DNA of 54,689 nt from Candidatus Zixiibacteriota bacterium (GTDB lineage Bacteria > Zixibacteria > MSB-5A5 > UBA10806 > 4484-95): the NCBI GenBank assembly GCA_037441845.1, contig JBBIRK010000009.1:1-54689 (forward strand), written 5' to 3'. Below the pieces are notes generated by a model. The model did not search any database, was not told where the DNA came from, and saw only the letters and a program-made list of their open reading frames with translations. Position numbers and translations under genes: made by a program. Shown in pieces: positions 47,909-54,689 of this stretch; position 1 is the stretch's first letter; each line of letters opens with the position of its first letter.

Positions 47909-47982
47909 TGGGCGGACAGCGGAATTAAGGCGAAGGCAATCGTTTTTTAACAGGCGGCGTTCGGCGGGGTTCGATCACAAAA

Positions 47983-49329
47983 TCAATTCGCCTTCTTTTC
48001 CCTGAGCATGCAGCGGATCGCCTGAACCGTATCCCCTGCAAGGGCGATCGCTTTGTCGCCGGAAGATTTAATGTATTTCGAGCGGATCGGGATAGATATG
48101 TCGGTTCCCGCCGATGTGGTCAATTTGAATATCTCAACTTCCTTATCGCTGATTACTTTGCCGTTCACTCGGTATTCCCAGAATCCTATTCCGGTCGAGG
48201 CGGAGACGATATCGTTGTAGAAAAATTCATCAGTGGTTTCTTTGGTCGATTTTCCGGTGGTGAAATCGAAAACACACTGGTAGGTCAGTAGTTGGTGGGT
48301 GCCGAAAGCGGCAACGAAAACTTGGATTTTCCGGTAACGAACCTTCTTGTCCTTGCGGTCTATCACTGATGTTCTGCCCTTGCCTTCGATGACCGGCCCA
48401 TAAGCAATAGCGTTTTCCCTAACGAGTTGCCGCGGATCGATTCCCAATTTATCGATCGCCTTTTTGTTTTTCAGCATTTCGAGATCTTCGATAAAATACC
48501 GGTCGATCATGGCTGTATTCGCCCTTTTCAAAGCCAAATATACGGTAATCGTAATGGCCAATATGGTCAGTATCAAGAACGATGAAATCGGTTCATGATA
48601 TTTTAGGTTCATTATAATTCCCCCAATACCGAGAAATATGAAAGCGACCGCTACAAACCAGAAAATAGGGGGCAGAAAATATAATTGTATTCTAAGTCGT
48701 TTTTTCTTGTCGATTTTTTCCCGCTGTTGCTTTTCCTCGGGCGTTTCGATCAGATCGCGGGAAAGTCCAATCAATTTCAGAGTATTGTCCATTTGTTCTT
48801 CAGTCAGGCCGTGCTTTCGGGCTTTTTTATAGAAATAACCAGAACTCGGAGATTCTTTCAATCCGTGGGCTTTGTAATAGTCCTCTTTAATTATGCTTCT
48901 TAAATAAAGCAAGATCGCATTATCGGAATCTATTTTCAGTCCGGCCTCGAGGTAACTTTCGATCTTTTTTATGTCTTGTAATTTCGCCAGTCGAGGTCGT
49001 TTGCCGTTGAGAGCGGCTACAGAGATATAATAGTAAAGTTCAGGACTTGCCGGGATGAGGTCACATGCTTTCTGAAGATTTTCCAGGGCTTCTTTATGCA
49101 GGCCCAGTCGCAAAAAACACAACCCAAGGCTTAAAAAAGCCTGGCCGCTTTCAGGGTCGGATTGGAGAATTCCTTGATAGTCTTTTATACAAAAGCGCAA
49201 TGCATCCTCACTCGCCATATTCAGTTGATCCAAACGACTGATTTTGAAATAAGAAGCGCAGTATTCGCAGCGGTCGGCGGAGTCGGGCACCGGGGCTGTG
49301 CATTGAGGACAGCGGCTTGCCTCGAGCAA
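47983..49329 (-). CDS. Zinc-ribbon - TPR - two-TM - soluble C-terminal domain protein
   Basis: CPQC..CEYC N-terminus, TPRs, two hydrophobic helices, beta-rich tail (EFFYNDIVSAS). Confidence 0.8.
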   Translation of the reverse strand: MLEASRCPQCTAPVPDSADRCEYCASYFKISRLDQLNMASEDALRFCIKDYQGILQSDPESGQAFLSLGLCFLRLGLHKEALENLQKACDLIPASPELYYYISVAALNGKRPRLAKLQDIKKIESYLEAGLKIDSDNAILLYLRSIIKEDYYKAHGLKESPSSGYFYKKARKHGLTEEQMDNTLKLIGLSRDLIETPEEKQQREKIDKKKRLRIQLYFLPPIFWFVAVAFIFLGIGGIIMNLKYHEPISSFLILTILAITITVYLALKRANTAMIDRYFIEDLEMLKNKKAIDKLGIDPRQLVRENAIAYGPVIEGKGRTSVIDRKDKKVRYRKIQVFVAAFGTHQLLTYQCVFDFTTGKSTKETTDEFFYNDIVSASTGIGFWEYRVNGKVISDKEVEIFKLTTSAGTDISIPIRSKYIKSSGDKAIALAGDTVQAIRCMLREKKAN

Positions 49330-49330
49330 A

Positions 49331-50110
49331 TTATCTCCTCAGGTTTTTGGCAAAAGCACCTATAGACGGCAAAAGATTATCCACCTCCGCCTTGATGCCG
49401 TTGCATAGCTTGTTACGATCGGGTGAATCGTAATCGACTTTCGAAAGGCGCTGGTTTAGCGCGACTATCTTCGCGGCGATCTCAGAATACTCCGACTTAT
49501 CGTCGAAGGCTTGAATTTGAGGTATGGAAAGTTCGATCCGCTGTTGCAGGTAATCGAGCGATTCGGCCAAAGCTTTCATTTCCGCTGATGGCGTGTTTCT
49601 TGCGGCGATTCTTAATCTTTCCATCTCAGCGCCGAGAGCGATCGCCAATTCCCTCGGGGATACTCCGCCGGCGAATGGGACGTTGATCTTGGCGATACCG
49701 GCGCTGGTGGCGAAACGGGCGATCAAAGAAATAATCGCTGCGCTTCCCGTAAGAATAATCTGCATCACCAAATGCAAGCGATCAAGCGAATCATTCGCAG
49801 GCAGGAAAGCGTGTATCGTCATCATGCAAAAACTTAGCAACGCATAAGCTGAAACAAGCATAACCAAGAACGGCCAGAAGCCGCCGGAGTCTTTTTTGAT
49901 TTTATCCGTTGATATCAGGAGAGCTCTGCGCGATACGAACCAGACCAGAAAAAGAAGAAATTGCGACCAGAGCAAGCGCGGCCAATAATAGGCTGATCTG
50001 TCGGCTGCGGGGATTATAATCAAAGGCACCAGCAAGAAGACAGCGGCGGCAATCAGATAGCTGATTAGGACGGCATTCACCGGCGTTTTACGTCTATCGG
50101 TCAGATTCAT
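49331..50110 (-). CDS. Hypothetical four-TM membrane protein with helical C-terminal domain
   Basis: Four hydrophobic segments; 4-nt and 1-nt gaps to its neighbours. Confidence 0.78.
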   Translation of the reverse strand: MNLTDRRKTPVNAVLISYLIAAAVFLLVPLIIIPAADRSAYYWPRLLWSQFLLFLVWFVSRRALLISTDKIKKDSGGFWPFLVMLVSAYALLSFCMMTIHAFLPANDSLDRLHLVMQIILTGSAAIISLIARFATSAGIAKINVPFAGGVSPRELAIALGAEMERLRIAARNTPSAEMKALAESLDYLQQRIELSIPQIQAFDDKSEYSEIAAKIVALNQRLSKVDYDSPDRNKLCNGIKAEVDNLLPSIGAFAKNLRR

Positions 50111-50114
50111 AAAA

Positions 50115-51116
50115 TCAAATCTCCTCCAGAATGCTCTTTCGTTTCTTGTCGTATTCCTCTTGGGTGATCAACCCTTTATCCAACAGGTCTTTCAGCATCT
50201 TGAGTCTGCCGCTGATATCATCTTTCGGGGAGGTTTCGGATCCGGAGTCACCGAATAGCTTGCCGGCCTTGGCTCCCGCCGCCAAGCCGCCGCCTATTGC
50301 CATACCGGCCGCCAAAAGATCGCCGGTGGTTCCCGGCTTGTCTACCGCTTTGTCGAGCACGTCGAACTGTCTTACGGTTTTGTAGGCATCGCTCACCTTT
50401 TTCTCGGACAGCTTGTCGAGAGCAAAAGCGTTCAATTGGGTATCCTGGATTTTCGTCAATTCGCGTTCGTTGATATCGATGGCCTGAATCAAGAAAAACT
50501 TTAAGGAAATACCGTATTTGGTGAGTTGACGTTCTATTTCTTTGCTCGTCAAATCTGCAATCTGATCGAGATGTGCGTTAAATTGACTGATCGGCACCTT
50601 ATTTACGTTAGCCGTTTTGCTGCAAGCGACCGTAAAATTCTGCAATACCAGGCTGAAGCAAAGATTCCACAATTTTCCGGAATCGTAATCCTTTTCGGTG
50701 CCGACCAGCTGAGTGAGGAAAGCAGGAGAATCATCGATCGTGAACGCCCATTCCCCATAGGCTCTGATCAGCATAGTCACCCCTGTTGCTGGATCGTCGA
50801 TAACTATCGGATTGGTTGTTCCCCATTTGATACCGGTAATGATTGTTTTCCGCACGAACCAGATCTCGGCGGAAAAGGGCGAGCGACCGCCGAATGGTAT
50901 ATTAATCAGGGTCGAGAGGATCGGCAGGTTGGCTGAACTCAGAGTGTGAGTGCCGGGCCCGAACAGATCGCAAACCCGGCCGCCGTTTACGAATACGGCC
51001 TCCTGCGATTGATTGACTATAAGCTGACTTCCAAGTTGAATTTTTTCATTGGGGTATTTTTGCACTAAAGTCTTTTCATCGTCGAAATCCAATTTTATGA
51101 CTTCTAAAGTCGCCAT
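50115..51116 (-). CDS. SPFH/band-7 (YdjI-like) protein with C-terminal SHOCT domain
   Basis: GSQLIVNQSQEAVF..G...D.FGPG.HTL...NLP, PFSAEIWFV, KWGT..PI; RLKMLKDLLDKGLITQEEYDKKRKSIL; RBS AAGGGG before ATG 51116. Confidence 0.9.
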   Translation of the reverse strand: MATLEVIKLDFDDEKTLVQKYPNEKIQLGSQLIVNQSQEAVFVNGGRVCDLFGPGTHTLSSANLPILSTLINIPFGGRSPFSAEIWFVRKTIITGIKWGTTNPIVIDDPATGVTMLIRAYGEWAFTIDDSPAFLTQLVGTEKDYDSGKLWNLCFSLVLQNFTVACSKTANVNKVPISQFNAHLDQIADLTSKEIERQLTKYGISLKFFLIQAIDINERELTKIQDTQLNAFALDKLSEKKVSDAYKTVRQFDVLDKAVDKPGTTGDLLAAGMAIGGGLAAGAKAGKLFGDSGSETSPKDDISGRLKMLKDLLDKGLITQEEYDKKRKSILEEI

Positions 51117-51159
51117 GCTATCCCCTTTCCGCGAAAGGCTGCGTTTGGACGTTGGCTTA

Positions 51160-51189
51160 ATTTTATTAACAATCGGCACGATAAGTCAA
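51160..51189 (-). promoter_or_regulatory. Putative sigma70 promoter of the SPFH operon
   Basis: TTGACT-N18-TAAAAT on the minus strand. Confidence 0.5.
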
Positions 51190-51359
51190 AAAGAAATAAA
51201 CTCCGGCGTGAATGACGGTCGATTGCCGATGAAGAGCAGTTCGAACGGCATGCGATGGTCCTTCATGTTTTCATGAAAATCGGAATTCATTCAAAAAATC
51301 CGCCGAATTTATTATGACGATAGGCATTTGCTTTTACGGCTAATTGATCAGTGCCGCGA

Positions 51360-52496
51360 TCAATGAAGAGCGTAGATATTCCCTATCAGGTCGGCGACGT
51401 AAAGGTGTCTTCCGGCAATAACAGGGGTGCAATTCGAAGGAGCTTTCATGGCGAACGAGGTTTCCAAAACTCCGCTTTCTGCAAGCAAGCAGTAAGCGAC
51501 ACGGTCGTTCGAGGTGAAATAAACACGATTGCCGGCAACGGTCGGGCTCGAATATACTATATCGCCCGATGTGAATTGCCAGAGAAGGCCGCCGTCCGAT
51601 GGATCCAAACAAAACATCTGGCCGTCAGTCGCGCCGCAATATATCCGTTTACCGTCGAACGCCGGCGAGGAAAACACCTCGCTGCCGGCGTTGAATCGCC
51701 AGATTTCCTGGCCGCTGTTGCAGTCGACGCAATAAATATGGCGGTCATGACTGCCGAATACGATTCTATCGTTGTTATCGAACGATATCACGGCCGGAGT
51801 GCCGGCTATATCAGCGCCGGCTTTGAATCTCCAAACCAGCTCGCCGGTATTTTTGTCGAGACAATACAGCCGCGAATCGGAGCTCCCGATAAACAGACGT
51901 CCGTGGAGAATCGCCGGGGATGAAACCACCCAATGATCGCTCTTGAAACTCCAAATCAATTTGCCGGTGGCTTTTTCGAGCGCATAAATATAACCGGTGA
52001 AATTGCCGGTATAGACTATTGCATTATCCACAAGCGGCGAGACATCAAAAGCCCCGCTGTCGGCGAACTCCCAGGCTATCGTGAAAGTGAATCGGTCGAG
52101 CGCATAAAACTTTCTGTCCCAAGACCCGAAATAGAGCAGGCGCCCGTCGATCGCCGGAGTGCTGAAAACCTGGCCCGTCGTCCTGAATTCGGCAAGTAAT
52201 TTTCCGCCGTTGATGTTCACTGCGACCAAGCCTGAATCGGTTCCTATATACAGGGTGTCGCCGGAAATCACCGGCGATGATGCGGTGGGGATACCGATAT
52301 TCAATTCCCATTTTAATTCGAGGATTCCAGTCGGCTTTTCGGCGCCAGTAAATGAGGTCCGTTGCGGATCGCCTTTGAAACAAATCCAATTGTCGATATT
52401 CGGGCCGCGGCCGCAGGCGGATAATATCAGCAGAACCGTGATTAGACAAAGTTGAAAAGGGGCCGGCCGTATTTTAGATTTTTTTTCGGGGGACAT
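51360..52496 (-). CDS. PQQ-like beta-propeller repeat lipoprotein
   Basis: Lipobox LSAC; about eight SSP..GS.D..YCLD..TG...W.F repeats; start uncertain (52565, 52517 or 52496). Confidence 0.9.
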   Translation of the reverse strand: MSPEKKSKIRPAPFQLCLITVLLILSACGRGPNIDNWICFKGDPQRTSFTGAEKPTGILELKWELNIGIPTASSPVISGDTLYIGTDSGLVAVNINGGKLLAEFRTTGQVFSTPAIDGRLLYFGSWDRKFYALDRFTFTIAWEFADSGAFDVSPLVDNAIVYTGNFTGYIYALEKATGKLIWSFKSDHWVVSSPAILHGRLFIGSSDSRLYCLDKNTGELVWRFKAGADIAGTPAVISFDNNDRIVFGSHDRHIYCVDCNSGQEIWRFNAGSEVFSSPAFDGKRIYCGATDGQMFCLDPSDGGLLWQFTSGDIVYSSPTVAGNRVYFTSNDRVAYCLLAESGVLETSFAMKAPSNCTPVIAGRHLYVADLIGNIYALH

Positions 52497-52567
52497 TTTA
52501 GTCCCTGATCCTGCCATGATCTGACGCGGAGCTGTTGATATTTGAAAAGAATAACGAGACAACATGA

Positions 52568-53252
52568 TTAGTTTTCGTTCCTTTTCTGTCGATGCAAGAG
52601 CACGTTTATCATGCCGTGCCATTTTTTCGCATCAGCCAATGCCTTCAGATGTTTAGGGTCGCCGCGGTCCACGGTTTGGAGAGAAACTGCAATTGAATGT
52701 AGGGCGTCGCGAGATCATTTACGGCCAGAACCAATGACACATCGGAAATCTTCTTGCTTTCCATTCCGGCGATCGCCTCGACTATCGCGCCGACGTTTCC
52801 GAAAAGCGTTCCGCCGATAGCCGCCATCTCTACGATATTCGGCATGTTGGAACCCAAGGTTCCCTTTCCGTTTTCGGTGAGTTCGATATCGGGAATGTCG
52901 GAGACTTTGACGATATTGTATGTTATGGTGCCTTGATATGTGTTCATTTCCCCTATCATGATCAGGCGATGGTCATCGTCTATGGCGATATAAAGGCCTT
53001 CTTGAAATTCGATTCGATGATTTGATAGAGCTTGGCATTGAAAGAATGTTCTCGGCCGATATTGGAAATGAACGCTACTATTTCCTCGTCTTGCTTCTTG
53101 CTGATTTTATGGGAATATCCGACGATTACGATGACAAGAGTCATAGTTGCAATGCTCAACAGCCAGGCGATCGGTTTGGAAAACTTAAGAAAAAAGAACA
53201 ATATAGCGAGCGTTGTCGACAACGCCAAGGCGCAACCGAATTTGCTGTCCAT
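52568..53252 (-). pseudogene. Membrane protein gene broken by two frameshifts
   Basis: Three consecutive frames join into MDSKFG..(two TM)..NFKKAF / IAIDDDHRLIMIG..AAIGGTLFGNVGAI..IQLQFLSKP / VDRGDPKHLKALADAKKWHGMINVLL..NEN*; shifts near 52990 and 52672. Confidence 0.72.
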
Positions 53253-53259
53253 ATCGATA

Positions 53260-53288
53260 ATCTTATGGCTTATCGCCTGCCATGTCAA
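53260..53288 (-). promoter_or_regulatory. Putative sigma70 promoter, leaderless
   Basis: TTGACA-N17-TAAGAT-N7-ATG(53252) on the minus strand. Confidence 0.6.
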
Positions 53289-53379
53289 TCGCAATCGGGG
53301 TATTGTCGCGAGAATATGACTGTGGCACACCGAGAGCGATGCTTTATTGCGATGCCGAGGATTACTCCAGCATCGGCCA

Positions 53380-53405
53380 TGGATTCCCGCTTTCGCGGGA
53401 ATGAC
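53380..53405. repeat. REP-like palindromic element
   Basis: TGGATTCCCGCTTTCGCGGGAATGAC, fitting the ATTCCC-N8-GGGAAT pattern. Confidence 0.75.
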
Positions 53406-53446
53406 AAGCAATTATCACGGAAAAGCAAGGGGGTTCGTTCGGATAG

Positions 53447-53480
53447 AATAAAACCCCCGACTGAAATCAATCGGGGGTTT
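53447..53480 (-). terminator. Rho-independent terminator of the rRNA operon
   Basis: AAACCCCCGA-loop-TCGGGGGTTT hairpin with TTTTATT tail directly after 5S. Confidence 0.8.
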
Positions 53481-53489
53481 CTTATTTAA

Positions 53490-53605
53490 CCCGGCGGCGT
53501 CCTACTCTCCCACCCGGTCGCCCGGGCAGTACCATCGGCGCTGAAGGGCTTAACTGCCGTGTTCGGAATGGGAACGGGTGTTTCCCCTTCGCCATTGCCA
53601 CCGAG
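53490..53605 (-). rRNA. rrf: 5S ribosomal RNA
   Basis: Reverse complement contains CACCCGTTCCCATTCCGAACACGGCAGTTAAG, GCGCCGATGGTACTG, GTGGGAGAGTAGG; ends approximate. Confidence 0.97.
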
Positions 53606-53688
53606 AAATATTTTTTTGTCAAAATTCTCTTTGACATCTTAACAGAACATGGTGGTTATCTTGACGATTGAAGGTGATGTAGAAATTT

Positions 53689-54689
<1,001 letters not shown>

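Noticed and set aside
1046..52455. Numerous antisense or alternate-frame ORFs of 60-255 aa overlapping called genes
   Set aside because: Shadow ORFs of well-supported genes with no recognisable motifs

Overview
Bacterial chromosomal window, mostly housekeeping and envelope genes. The gene style (PorV-like barrels, a FlgD-type C-terminal sorting domain, a bS22-like ribosomal protein) suggests an FCB-superphylum organism such as Zixibacteria, which is an inference. In order: end of the nuo operon (nuoM partial, nuoN); tRNA-Ala(GGC); M50 protease; a sigma54 signalling cluster (kinase, hybrid kinase, NtrC-family regulator, degenerate GGDEF protein); methionine-related genes; mutL-miaA; LysM lytic transglycosylase; sppA, FmdB-type zinc ribbon, HU; an unannotated 31-aa bS22-like ORF; a candidate ~240-nt structured RNA; leuS; GH57; TPR protein; OM barrel; a 2.1-kaa Ig-repeat protein (exact 288-bp internal duplication) coupled to a PorV-like barrel-TPR gene; sucC-lipoprotein-sucD-asparaginase-HD operon; an AlkD-like gene relic; a second sigma54 two-component system converging on a three-gene secreted-protein operon with a tandem enhancer; TPR lipoprotein; SPFH three-gene operon; PQQ-repeat lipoprotein; a doubly frameshifted gene; a REP-like palindrome; 5S rRNA and the 3' part of 23S rRNA. 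No CRISPR array, transposase or phage genes were seen. All calls come from reading the sequence by eye, with no database searches.
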